This document shows, piece after piece, positions 24,900-37,439 of a stretch of DNA of 60,534 bases. This stretch comes from Octopus bimaculoides. Lineage: Eukaryota. The notes below the pieces were generated by a model. The model had not been told where the DNA came from. It made no database searches and saw only the letters and a program-made list of their open reading frames with translations. The stretch covers positions 86,786,678 to 86,847,211 of the forward strand of contig NC_068983.1 of the NCBI RefSeq assembly GCF_001194135.2, written 5' to 3'. A program made the translations under genes and the position numbers. Each line of letters begins with the position of its first letter. Within the stretch, counting starts at the first letter, position 1.

Positions 24900-25290
24900 C
24901 ATTTACTTCTTTCAGTCATTAGAGTGCGGCTATGCTGGGCCACCGCCTTGAAGAATTTTTTTAATCGAATGAATCAACCCCCGTCCTTTTTTTTTAGGCC
25001 TAGTACTTATTCTGTCTGTCTCTTTTGCCGAACCGCTAATGTTACGGAGACATAAACACACTAATACCGGTGGTCAAGCAGTGGTGGGGGGGACAAAAAC
25101 AGATACAAAGACACACACACACGCACACACACACACACACACATATATACGACGGACTTCCTTCAGTTTCCGTCTATCAAATCCACTCACAAGGCTTTGG
25201 TTGGCCCGATACACTTGCCCAAGGTACCACACAGTGACACTGAATCCAGAACTATGTAGTTAGGAAGCAAGCCTCTTGCCACACATCCAG
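24900..25290 (-). mobile_element. SINE family A, full length
   Basis: Colinear reverse complement of 60156-60534 with an internal (CA)n. Confidence 0.9.
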
Positions 25291-25393
25291 CTGTAATTAA
25301 TTTATTAAAATGTATCAGAAAACAAGGTGAAGGTGCGGGAAATATCACATACATACACACACATATATATATATGTGTGTATATATCTGTGTG

Positions 25394-25438
<45 letters not shown>

Positions 25439-26625
25439 GCGCGCGCGCGTACACACAAACACACACACATCTTTTTCACGCTAAATTCCAATATAATCAC
25501 AATCTACACCATCTGAAATGTAGTTGTAGAAAATTTCATTGAAAAGTACGAAGTTATGAAGAGACAAAATGGGTGGAAGGAGGAACCGTCTGTAGTTATT
25601 CCCTATAGACTAAAGTCAGTTTTTTTTTTATTTATTCAGCGTTTTATTTCTTCAACAACATCCTACAAATATGAAAGGCTACAAAAAAATCAACATAATT
25701 TTGAATAGCGCAGGGTTAAACTTATAATTTGTAAAAAAGTAGCGTTGCAAATATTTGGGCAACCTTTACATATCCAAAAGTGTAAACAGAGACTAAAAAG
25801 CGCTATCTCGCAGTGAATTAAAATCTGGCAGTGAATTAAAATCTGGCAGTGAATAAAAACTAGTTTTGTGATTGAAGCGAGTACTTGGAATCTTCAATAT
25901 AAAAGTAATTGAAAACCGCATTTTGATAAAAGAAAAAAATAACATTGGAAATTATAAGTATTTTCTAGACAGTCTAGATTTTAATAGTTGCCCTCTTTTA
26001 GTAAGTGTTACATACTCCAAATTAAATAATAAGCAGCTTTCTTTATTATAGTACAGACAGTTGACTGTGATCTGAGGAAGATTTGGTTGCTATTTATCTA
26101 GCCACGTAAAGTCCCCCCTGTTGGCTCGTAGAGCAGTAGTTTTTTCAAATAGTTTTTGCATGGAACGGAACAAGTCCAAGCAACACTCTTTCATTTGTCG
26201 AAATCTAATCGCTCAACTTTGTAATATTGTGGTAGACGTGGTGGTAGCGGCGGCGACTATGGTGGTGGGGGTTAGACTTGCTGATGGCGGCGAACGTAGT
26301 GGTGACGATGGCGGTGTCAGTGGTGGTGGTGGTCGTCGTCGTCGTCATCGTCGTCATGGTATAAACACGCGCACCCACGTTTTCATCCATTCTCTTTTGT
26401 CCTTCAGCTACGTTGTGAAAGGCAACAATGCTGACAGCTCAGCACGAGTCCAGCTATTAGCAAACAACACAACACAATGACATGAACACTGAAATGTTTA
26501 CACACCTTAGTTCGTTATGAAACATTTATAATAAATTATAATACAATGCAAATAGGTAATTTATTGGCAATTTGTATAAACGCATATATATATATATATA
26601 TATAAATGTATATATATATAAATGC

Positions 26626-26685
<60 letters not shown>

Positions 26686-26813
26686 ATATGTATATGTGTG
26701 TGTATGTGTGTGCATAAATACACATGCATATATACATACATACACACACATATATATAAGTATGTGTACTTGTCCATGTGTGCATGTGTATATATATATA
26801 GATAGATAGATAT

Positions 26814-26867
<54 letters not shown>

Positions 26868-26944
26868 ATGTATACATATTATATACGTATATACAGATGC
26901 ATACACACACGTATGTATGTATGTATATATGCTTCCATATATAG

Positions 26945-27166
26945 ATTTCTTTATTGCCCACAGGGGGCCAAACACAGAGGGGACAAACAAAGGGATTAAG
27001 GCGATTACATCGACCCCAGTGCGTAACTGGTACTTATTTAATCGACCCCGAAAGGATGAAAGGCAAAGCCGACCTCGGCGGAATTTGAACTTAGAACGTA
27101 ACGGCAGACAAAATACCGCAAAGCATTTCGCCCGACGTGCTAACGCTTCTGCCAGCTCGCCGCCTT
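26945..27166 (-). mobile_element. SINE family B, young copy with an alternative 3' tail
   Basis: Head and body very close to 15377-15600, but it ends in TTTGTCCCCTCTGTGTTTGGCCCCCTGTGGGCAATAAAGAAA rather than GGCCTTGTG...(TAT)n. Confidence 0.9.
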
Positions 27167-27289
27167 TATAGATATAGATATATACAAACATACCATATAT
27201 AGATACATACAAACGTACCGTGAGCATGTTGTAGTTGAAAAAAAAAACATTTTGTTCTAATGTTTCACATGAGTTCCTTTCATTTTCTT

Positions 27290-27760
27290 GAAAATTGGAA
27301 CTGTTAGATCCATCATCAACATTTCTAGACTTTCAGTGACTTACCTTCAGGAAGAGTGATGTTTGCTTGTCTTGCTGCCTCTTTATAGAAACTTTATACT
27401 GAGAGCAGTACAAATAAAACTCCTGGAAATACAATGACTCCATTTCTAGATATTATTCAGAGACAAAGTAGCAGATCTCCATTTGCAAGAGACAAACGTA
27501 TACATTATACGAAGACCTCGAATGTTCACAGAATTAGAAAATATTAGTTATAAAATCTTTACTCAGATCTTTCTTCAAAGACAAGGCACTACCTTATTTT
27601 CTGGAATGTAAGTTAAACGTAGTATATAAGCGGAGGTAGATTTTTCAGACAAAAAAGAAATATCAATGTCTTTATTCATCGTATAAGTCGATTACCTTTC
27701 TCCTGAATAACCATTCTGCAATAGATTTTTCGTTGCAAGTATTTTTTTGATCGGATTTCG
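27290..27760 (-). mobile_element. Degenerate Penelope-like remnant
   Basis: Minus strand reads KNLLQNGYSG...ILRLTYI (resembles the PLE thumb NGYP...LPY). It ends in a decayed hammerhead-like CTGAAGG...GAAATGTT at about 27315-27355. Confidence 0.4.
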
Positions 27761-28399
27761 GTTACGGGTTTTTATTGAGAAATCGGGACATCTTCGGGGT
27801 GGAGATGGATCGGATCACCAAAGAACAGAGAGGAATGGAAGATTTCGCAACAGAATGAAAAAAATACAATATTAAAAAAATAACTTTCCATTTAAAATAA
27901 TGTTTAATTATTTCAAATTTAATTTTTAATATTTGCCTTTATTTAGATTATAATCGTGCATCAATATGAACACAAAGTAAGTACAAAAAGAATTAACAGG
28001 TAACTAAAATTTTGGTTATATGCAGGTCGTGGCGAACCTGAAGTGCAGACATTCAAACATCGTAACTATCTTTCCAAATCCTGCTGTATTTCACATGGAA
28101 TTCTTGGTCTTCTAAAGGCGTCTTGGTGAAGTATAAGTCTACCTTCCTTTTTTTACTGTAAATTTTGGTCTGAAAATACGGTAGATAAAGAAATCCATAT
28201 ATTAAATCAAACACTGACCAGCAATGAATATTCTAAGAAACAAACTAAGCCATAGAACAAGACAACATAACTACATCACAACAAATACATTAGACAATAT
28301 ATCTATTGAACTTTCATTACCTAAACCCCACGTTAAATGGTTTGTATATATCAAATGCAAGTTAACCACATAAAAATGAACACATTTTCGAAAAAAAAG

Positions 28400-28620
28400 G
28401 CCAAGAAGGGGATCTCTACATAGTTATTCTACTTGCTACAAATAACAGCCACATCTTTCATTCAAATTATACCCTGACTTCTTAGAAAAATATATGTTAG
28501 GTTATGTGATTTTAAGTTCCGTGGACAGTGGAAAAAGAGGAGCTGTACAAGGTTGGAATGTCTTTCATTATAGGTCTGCTTCTTTGGAGCTAACTAAGGA
28601 CTAAACAACAATAACAACAT
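28400..28620 (+). mobile_element. Family D dispersed repeat (SINE-like)
   Basis: GCTACAAATAACAGCCAC...GGTTGGAATGTCTTTCATTATAGGTCTGC...CTAAACAACAATAAC. Related copies at 37080, 47755 and 52800. Confidence 0.7.
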
Positions 28621-28819
28621 TATGAAAGACGAGTTAAAATATGTCTCGATATACATGCCGCTACACACACACACAAACACACACACACACACACATACAC
28701 ACACACACACACACACACATACACATACACACGTGTCTGTGTGTAAATGGGCTTCCGTTACTTTCGACGGTGAATATTCAGTTATTCCTCAATGGAGTTA
28801 CCTATTCACTTAATAAGCG

Positions 28820-28930
28820 CGTAAGGGGCTCAGATATCCCACATACATGTTTACACTAAACATGATTCTTAGTCGGAATCACCATGATACAGGGTGTGAC
28901 AAGGCTGGTCCTTTAAATTACAGATACAAT
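28820..28930 (-). mobile_element. Family C tail fragment
   Basis: Minus strand TGTAATTTAAAGGACCAGCCTTGTCACACCCTG matches the shared tail at 39700-39780 and 56890-56920. Confidence 0.5.
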
Positions 28931-29554
28931 CAACCGATGGACTACCACACACTTTCCATCAACCCGAATACTTATGAGGATAGAAATGAATGTGGTGATT
29001 GCCTCATCTACTCAATGATAGCCGTCTCACATTCAACGTGATTATTCTGGTTTACTTTCATCCTTGCATGTACGCGGATATGACTTTACACGTCGCCATC
29101 ATCTATCGCCATATGACTTTATAAAATACAAAACGAATCAAGAAACGAAATGATAGCGAGACATCCGTACACCATTGGAATTAAGTGACAAATGCTTGCA
29201 CAGCACTTTTGTTACTCTCTCAGTCACCATAGCAGGGTCCAATGACAAGCATTGCAAGATCAATGGTACTATTTTAGCTTTATCAAAAATAACGGGAGCC
29301 TTCTCTGCCCCTGGTAAATTTATTTAACCCATAAGTGGCACTTTGACGAGTCAGAAGGGATCTGGGAGTCATGGTAATTAAAGAGTGACACTATACTCTC
29401 CACAGCTTTAGAACTTCCTAACTGGAGCCTCGTCACCAGATGCAATTTAATGTCATAACCAGCTAACCAAGAGAAATGGATGTACACAGGTGCATACATA
29501 CGTGCATACATACATACATACATACATACATACATACATACATACATACATACA

Positions 29555-29680
29555 TACAAACAAAAAAAATACCCTGTTGTTGATGTTGAAATTCCAATGA
29601 AGGAGCCTTGGATCTAGGTTAGAAACCGGTTCTTTCTCTATTGGCAAGAAATCTTGAAATAAACTGAATAATGACAAACA
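29555..29680 (+). mobile_element. R4/Dong 3'-terminal ~125-bp module
   Basis: CAAACAAAAAAAATACCCTGTTGTTGATGTTGAAATTCCAATGAAGGAGCCTTGGATCTAGG...AATAAACTGAATAATGA, with (CATA)n on both sides. Confidence 0.9.
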
Positions 29681-30359
29681 TAGAAACGTACGTACACATA
29701 CATGCATACATACACATATACATGCATGCATACATACATACATAAACAGACACACACGTGCTCACACACACACGCACATCACACACACACACACACATGC
29801 ACACATGCACACACTTATGTAATCAATACTAGAATATATATCGATATACGGTGAAGATTTAGCATGATCCCGATAAAAATTAAAGACCTAAAGTGACTTA
29901 TTTTGTTTGGTTTTTTTTTAATGTTTTCTTAGTTAATCAGAAGAGTATGACACAACAGCATCAAGCCACCAAGCCATCAAGCTGTCGGTGATTTCATATC
30001 ATTTCGATAAAATGAACAACTCTAAACAAGCAAGCGTTGTTACACTGACGGTTGGGGTTGGGACTGCTTTTTTATTTTTTATTTTTTATGTTTTTTGGTT
30101 TTTTTTTCAAAGCGACTTGTCTTGGAAAAGGAATCGCCAGGCGTTTTATTGTATATTCTAATCAGTCACCGTTATTAACCAACGTATATTCTTTAATGGT
30201 CTGGGGAGGAATGATTTGTGTGACTGACTCCGCTCAATTGAACACGATACAAATAAAGAATTTAACACGTCCATCTGCCGAGATTCTGTTTCTGGTAGTT
30301 GTTTATACTCTTATTTATTTAGTTTCTCATTGTTGATGTTGTTGATCACTTTGTTGTTG

Positions 30360-30415
<56 letters not shown>

Positions 30416-30602
30416 TATTGTTATTACTTATTGTTATTGTTGCCATTTATATCAATATCATTAGACATAATTAATATACTTTCAATAAAATATTCATTAA
30501 TTTCGTAGAGCGAAAAAAAGCCTAATATAGACAAACAAAAATTGATCACAGAATATAAATACAAAGAGAAAAATATAATAAAAAAAAGAATAATATATAT
30601 AT

Positions 30603-30666
<64 letters not shown>

Positions 30667-31084
30667 GTGAAGGCATGGTTGTATTGTTTAGAAGTGTGCT
30701 CTGCAATCACATGGTTTCAAGTTCAGTCCCACCTTCAATAAATGTCTTTTTATGTAGCCAACACTATCGTAGAATGACAAATGTTGATGCGCGTGCGGGG
30801 GGGCTGTTATTTCGTCTGTTCGTAAATATGAAGATACATTTACTACTACTAATTGCTATCAAAGACACAGTATTTTGTTTTGAAGCCATAATATACCACC
30901 AAGTATATCAAAGTTTTACAAGCCAATACTGTACTTTGTGTTACCAGTGCGATGTTCTCATTCTTAAGTTTATCTCTACAGATTTTCTATAGGATTTCAG
31001 AGTCAGCACTAAATGTCATGACGTTATGATGTTATGATGTTTTGAGGTTTTGACGTCATAATTTACAGTGGTGACTCTGAATTT

Positions 31085-31165
31085 TATCTGTAGATATAAA
31101 CTTAAAATCTGTAGATATAAACTTAAAATCTGTAGATATAAACTTAAAATCTGTAGAGATAAACT
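31085..31165. repeat. 21-bp minisatellite, about 4 copies
   Basis: ATCTGTAGATATAAACTTAAA repeated in tandem. Confidence 0.9.
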
Positions 31166-31229
31166 TTAAAACTTACTGTTTGTTCTAAATTTAAACAATC
31201 GATGTTATTTAAGATTTACTCTTTACTCT

Positions 31230-31635
31230 TTACTCTTTTACTTGTTTCAGTCATTTGACTGTGGCCATGCTGGAGCACTGCCTTTAGTCGAGTAAATCGA
31301 CCCCAGGACTTATTCTTTGAATGCCTAGTACTTATTCTATCGGTCTCTTTTGCCGAACCGCTAAGTTACGGGGACGTAAACACACCACCATCGGTTGTCA
31401 AGCGATGTTTGGGGGACAAACGCAGACACACAAACACACACACACATATATATACATATATATACATATACACGCCAGGCTTCTTCCAGTTTCCGTCTAC
31501 CAAATCCACTCACAAGGCTTTGGTCGGCCCGAGGCTATAGTAGAAGACACTTGCCCAAGGTGCCACGCAGTGGGAATGAACCCGGAACCATGTGGTTGGT
31601 AAGCAAGCTACTTACCACACATCCACTCCTGCGCC
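31230..31635 (-). mobile_element. SINE family A, full length, young
   Basis: Highly similar reverse complement of 60156-60534. Confidence 0.95.
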
Positions 31636-32104
31636 TATTTGAGAAAAATTTGACAGAAATATCTAGCAGGTCGAGCGCATGTGAAGAGGATTTCCTTCTT
31701 CGACTTGAACTCTATTTCGTGTTGTATATTCCCATTTAAATGGAGTAGAGTAAAGCAATGATGAAGGACGTTCCAACCATGATAGTACTGCTATTTGTTT
31801 CAGGGACTAAATAAGACCTTAGTGGCGTGTCATTTGTTGCAGTTTGGCTACTATATATTCAGCAGAGTGACCGTGGATCAGCTTTTCCACTCCTTTCTCT
31901 CCCTTTTACTCCCTTTCCTCTCCCGTTTCCTCTTCTGCTTCCATTCCCCCGGGCTTCTCTTTGCCTTGTAAAGCATCAGTCTCTATTCCATCGGTCGCTT
32001 TTAGTGACTGTGTTTTGACAATTAGTGAGGGTAGTTGAAGAGTAGGTTGCGATATGATAACAGCATTGTATACATTTTCACACATATGTGTGTGTGTTTA
32101 TGTA

Positions 32105-33513
32105 TGTTTGATTATTCTTTGAGTTTAATTTAAGTTATTGAGGGAGTTCAAGCCGGTTGCTAACAAAGCAACAAGACTTTTTGAGTTAAGGGAGTTCCTG
32201 GTGTTTGTGAATATGTAGTTGAGTTAGTGTGTTGGTTGAACTATTGACGCATACACCCAAGTGTGTACATCTATTCAAATAAGAATCTCAGATGGAGAAT
32301 TTCTGGAATGTCTTACAAATCTTCACTCTGCCACTAATAGATTGGATTTGAAGAATCCGCGTTAGTTTCTTTTGCTCTCTTTTTCCATGAAACTAAGTGT
32401 TTCTACGTTTTTGTGCAAATTTGTTGGTACGTAACCTAATGCACCTATGATGATAGCTACAAATAAGAATTCATACTCAAGGTACACGAGTTGTAAGCTC
32501 CGCATTAATTCGCCATAAATGTTCTCCTCTCCCCGGACTTTTGATGGTACATTCACATCTGCTGGGCAGCTGACCTCTACAACAGTGCACGACTTTGTTC
32601 CCTGTCCAATAGAACAATATCAGGTCTGTTATGTTCGCACCGAATTGGTATTTCTATTGGAGTATTCCGCCAGTATTCTTTGTTTTTAAAGGTGTGAATA
32701 CAAGCTGGTTCTGACGTATACACCATGGCAGTCCTTCCTGCGGATAGCATTGTAAATTGGTCTTTGAAACTTTATCATGCGTCAGGGGCAGGTAGTATCT
32801 CGAAGACATTTTGGGGGAAGGTGCTGATGGTGTGGGTGATATCTTACACACTGGTATAGCAGAGCCGAAATCTTTTATCACAACGTGTAAGTTTTGTGAC
32901 ATCCTCGTCCCTTTTGTTTATCAGGAATTTAGTAGCTATCTCCTGTTCCTGGATAGGGAAGGCATATCCTTCTAGATGGGATGTAAGGTATCTATCGCAG
33001 GTCGGGGAGAGTCTACTCTTCCTGTCAATGCTGTTGTTGTCCTCTAGCTTACAAGATATGTACCCATGCATTGCTTTTTGTTGGTATGATGTATGCTTCT
33101 CTTCCAAGCTTCTGTTTAGTTATGCCAGTCCAACCTCCTTTGGGTCGCATGAGACAGTTGTATTCTCAAAGAAATGGCACAGTAGTTCTTCAACTTTGAA
33201 GATTTTGTTGGTCTCACTTTTGAGTTTGCATGGAATGTACTCATTTCTTTCTTCACTGTTCAGCAGGTGTTGTCTGAGTGATACAATGCGACATTCAAAG
33301 GCTGTTTGGACTAACATTATGCCTCTACCACCACCACTTGGTCCCACATCAATCTTATCGGTGTCACTATTAATGAGGAAGTCGCCAGTGGTGGTCAGTA
33401 CCTTTCTGGTTTTGATTCCAGACTGCGTATCTTTTCGAGTGGCCAATCCAATATCCTAAATGTTTGGCACTAGCACTGGTACTGCGAAAGCATTGCGAGA
33501 TATGGGTTTGTTA
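32105..33513 (-). mobile_element. R4/Dong-type REL LINE, 5'-truncated (RT end, CCHC region, REL domain, 3' UTR)
   Basis: KTRKVLTTTGDFLINSD...GGGRG, EGYAFPIQEQEIATKFL, PKMSSRYYLPLTHDKVSK and EENIYGELMRSLQLVY...IIIGALGYVP, with several frameshifts. The 5' end abuts about 290 bp of (TATG)n. Confidence 0.9.
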
Positions 33514-33803
33514 TATGTATGTATGCATGTATGTATGTATGCATGTATGTATGTATGTATGTATGCATGCATGTATGTATGTATGTATGTATGTATGCAT
33601 GCATGCGTGTGTGTGTATGTATGTACGCATGTATGTATGTATGTATGCATGCATGCGTGTGTGTGTACGTATGTATGTATGTATGTATGTATGCATGTAT
33701 GCATGCATGTATGCATGCATGTATGTATGTATGTATGTATGTATGTATGCATGCGTGTGTGTATGTATGTATGTATGTATGTATGTACGTATGTATGTAT
33801 GTA
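33514..33803. repeat. (TATG)n/(TGCA) compound array
   Basis: Directly visible, with higher-order re-duplicated blocks. Confidence 0.95.
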
Positions 33804-34759
33804 CTTAGAGTATCCTAAAAAATTTCTACACGCTTTAACTTAATTTTCATTTCTTTTTAGAGTTAACCCATAAGAAATAATGAAGAGTGTCTGATAAGGC
33901 TTTGAAGAAAGGAGATTTATCCAAAAGGGTTAATGGAAGTTTGAAAAAACAGTTGATTTGCCAAGACAGTTTAAATAGTTCACCTACGTGACCTACCATC
34001 ACTCGAATTAGAGATAAGTTTGAAGCAGATGGAGCTATTCAGAATGTCCACAAGGAACCTTTCGGACACAGCAAGAAATGGTACTAGGAACGCATTGCCT
34101 GAGTTCAAGAATATTTATGTAGCAAGCGAATCGTGAGAGAGGAATTTCAAAATCAAGCGTCCATCGCATTTCGAAGCACTGTCGTTGGAAAAGTTACTTT
34201 CTAAGAATAGTCCACGCTCTCAATGAAGATGATCGGAACCGAAGAATGGAGCTTTGTGAGCGGTACTTGGCAAGATATGTAGAAGAGGCACACTTTTCAA
34301 CAAAGATTATTTGGGCTGAGAGACTACATTTAAGTTAACCGCCACAATCGCACTATTGGAGACCTAAGGATCTACATATTACAGGCGAACATCATGTTAA
34401 TTTACAAGGAATTACAGTTTAATGCGGCATATCATCAAGTGAATTTTTTGGATCATTATATTTAGATGGTATATATTGTGACTGGTCCTATTTACTTTAA
34501 CTGGCTGTGACAATCTGTCATGCCAAGTATTCAAGAGGACTTTAAAAACAGTTTTATTTTGAAGATAGTGCACCCCTACACTACCATAGTAATGTAAGGA
34601 CCTGCGTTAATGACATTTTGCTAAACAACTGGATTGGACGAGGCAGCTCACTAGAATACACTCCGTGTTCACCGGACCTCACACACCACTAGATATTTTT
34701 CATGGATATACTTAAATGATGAAGTTTACGGTACAAAATCGACAACAGTCGACGAATTG

Positions 34760-34760
<1 letters not shown>
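33800..34760 (+). mobile_element. DD41D (rosa/Visitor-type) Tc1/mariner transposase fossil
   Basis: [30 protein letters not shown], then EDSAPLHY...WIGRGSSLEYTPCSPDLT(+2 frameshift)PLD. There are 41 residues between the second and third catalytic D after correcting the frameshift. A TIR-like left end TAC..AGTATCCTAAAAAATTTCTACAC lies at about 33800. Confidence 0.8.
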
Positions 34761-34853
<93 letters not shown>

Positions 34854-35392
34854 CATTATTTACTATTATTTGTCTTTGTTGCTCAAATTCATACCATTAG
34901 CCACCTCACTAAGTTTTATTTGTGCTAGCTCAATTTGTAGTTATGTAAATTATCCTACGCCGTAAATGTTCTTTTCTACTTTTGCGTAGGTCTAAGTCCG
35001 TTAAGTCATGTTTAGACATCTACCGCGATGATGATGCATATTAAGCAACTTTTCAATATTATATAACTATGAAACCGGTTAGTGAATGTAAATAAAAAAA
35101 TCTTTGCAAGAAGACACCAAGTGCATTTTTAACTTTTCTCTTCTTAACATATGTGGGTGTGTGTATGAGCATCTGAGAGCGTGTGTGTGAGTTAAACAGT
35201 GTGTGTGTATATTATATGCTTAGATTATGTTATATAAATTCATAGATGGATAAAAATGTTACATATACATGTATTTATAATGTATATATAACATATTTAT
35301 GCATATATGAAAACAAAACTGAAAATGCATTTGGTGTCAAGAGGACACATATACACATTTACATACGTACTTACATACATACATACATACAT

Positions 35393-35459
<67 letters not shown>

Positions 35460-35940
35460 NNNNNNNNNNNNNNNNNNNNNNNNNNNNNNNNNNNNNNNNN
35501 NNNNNNNNNNNNNNNNNNNNNNNNNNNNNNNNNNNNNNNNNNNNNNNNNNNNNNNNNNNNNNNNNNNNNNNNNNNNNNNNNNNNNNNNNNNNNNNNNNNN
35601 NNNNNNNNNNNNNNNNNNNNNNNNNNNNNNNNNNNNNNNNNNNNNNNNNNNNNNNNNNNNNNNNNNNNNNNNNNNNNNNNNNNNNNNNNNNNNNNNNNNN
35701 NNNNNNNNNNNNNNNNNNNNNNNNNNNNNNNNNNNNNNNNNNNNNNNNNNNNNNNNNNNNNNNNNNNNNNNNNNNNNNNNNNNNNNNNNNNNNNNNNNNN
35801 NNNNNNNNNNNNNNNNNNNNNNNNNNNNNNNNNNNNNNNNNNNNNNNNNNNNNNNNNNNNNNNNNNNNNNNNNNNNNNNNNNNNNNNNNNNNNNNNNNNN
35901 NNNNNNNNNNNNNNNNNNNNNNNNNNNNNNNNNNNNNNNN

Positions 35941-36151
35941 TTAAACGCAGAGCAATCCTCAGCTGCACAAAGACATAGAATTTAATCAAATTAAAACTGA
36001 TGGACACATTAGTATAATTTTACTTAAAATCTACAAGAATTTAAGGAGATAGACAAAGAACATACTGCCTTCACTTCAGCTTAAAAGTTACTAAAGACTT
36101 GTTACAGATTTTTATATAATATTGTGCTGCTGAGGATTGCTCTGCGTTTAA
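35941..36151. mobile_element. Candidate MITE with 30-bp terminal inverted repeats beginning TTAA
   Basis: TTAAACGCAGAGCAATCCTCAGCTGCACAA (35941-35970) versus TTGTGCTGCTGAGGATTGCTCTGCGTTTAA (36122-36151): 29/30 complementary. The left end touches an N-gap. Confidence 0.5.
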
Positions 36152-37079
36152 ATTGATGTAATGGTTGCATTGTTCAATTAAATGGAGTTGCGTGAAACGA
36201 TCGTACTGCATTACCTCTGGATATCCTTGTTGCTTATTTTAATTATATATATATATATTATATATATATATAACATGTGCGTATTTGTGAATGTGTATAT
36301 GTTTTATATAGAGATACATACATACATACATACATACATACACACATTTACATACGTACTTACATACATACATACATGCACACATACATACACACATACA
36401 TACACACATACATACGCACATACATACATACAAATACGCACACACACACACATACACTATGTTTTGATAAGGTCGAACTAGCTCGTAGTAAAATATAGAT
36501 ATATGACACTTCAGAAGCCAGTGGTTTTCTCGGTGCAGTTTATAAACTCTTATATGTTAATCTTTTTGAGGTTATCTCTTTCTGGACGTAATCAGTTCTT
36601 TAATTGACTGCACCACTCTTGCGAAAAGAAACTTCGTCATAAATATTGAGAATACAGTCTAAGATTTCGTCAATATTCCTAAACTTCCACGTTACACACA
36701 CAGCCTGTCTTCGCTAATCCTTTTTGTGGCTATAAATTGCTTTATTTGCGGGCAATCATAAAACCAGATACGATTCAGTCGTAAAACGGTGACATTGTTC
36801 TGTTCAAAGGTCAAGAATGGTCAATGGACAGCTAACTTTGTGCAAGACGATATTTGCCTATAAATTAATTTCTTCTAAACACTGTCGCCTCAGTGAAACC
36901 GTCCGTTGTCAGAAAGCCGTCTATTCGACTGACTTCTATTTCGTTTATTAATCAAATTTCTGCTATATATCTGCAATATATGAAGATTGAATTAATTTAC
37001 TTTTATTTATTTTTACGACTATAATATTCATTTCAATGATATTAAGTAAGTTAATGTAGTAAGCCTTTGTTATTTCGTT

Positions 37080-37290
37080 GTTGGTGTTGTTGTTTTTCTT
37101 GCTTAGCTCTATGTAAGCCCTGATTGAACAGACATGATCAAAGGCATTCATTCATATCATGACCAAGCAGTCATTTATCCAGGACTGCATTACCCAGTGG
37201 GCTTCCTTTTTTGAAATAGTAGGACGCTTGAATTGAGAGAGATTTAGCTGTTATTTCTAGTAAGCAAACAGAGCATGTAAACACTTTCAA
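37080..37290 (-). mobile_element. Family D dispersed repeat
   Basis: GAGAGAGATTTAGCTGTTATTTCTAG and CAGACATGATCAAAGGCATTC are reverse complements of family D motifs. Confidence 0.7.
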
Positions 37291-37439
37291 AACTCTTTAG
37301 TTTCTAATCATAATCAACCGACGAAAGCACGTCGCAATGCCATTCCGATTTTCGACAATAGCTTATTCGCTTCGCTTTACTTTTTGCTGCTAATGTGTTA
37401 ATAAATCTGAGACGTCGGGACTTCGGTTTGCGTCGACAA

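Noticed and set aside
25810-25856. 18-bp tandem repeat GCAGTGAATTAAAATCTG, about 2.5 copies
   Set aside because: Ordinary local slippage duplication with no further structure.
26409-26480. Strong plus-strand acceptor followed by YVVKGNNADSSARVQLL...
   Set aside because: No donor or recognisable product, and the upstream ORF is low-complexity.
27346-27423. Possible minus-strand exon ending at a strong G|GTAAGT donor
   Set aside because: The donor lies inside the decayed hammerhead-like end of a probable PLE remnant, and the peptide is unrecognisable.
28025-28135. Exon-like segment GRGEPEVQTFKHRNYLSKSCC
   Set aside because: Stops in all frames before a convincing donor; it may be part of the neighbouring old PLE.
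29320-29475. Segment upstream of the (CATA)n at 29490 as part of the R4 element
   Set aside because: No R4-like translation; it resembles a different dispersed repeat (GGAGCCTCGTCACCAGATGCAATTTAATGTCATA) that I cannot classify.
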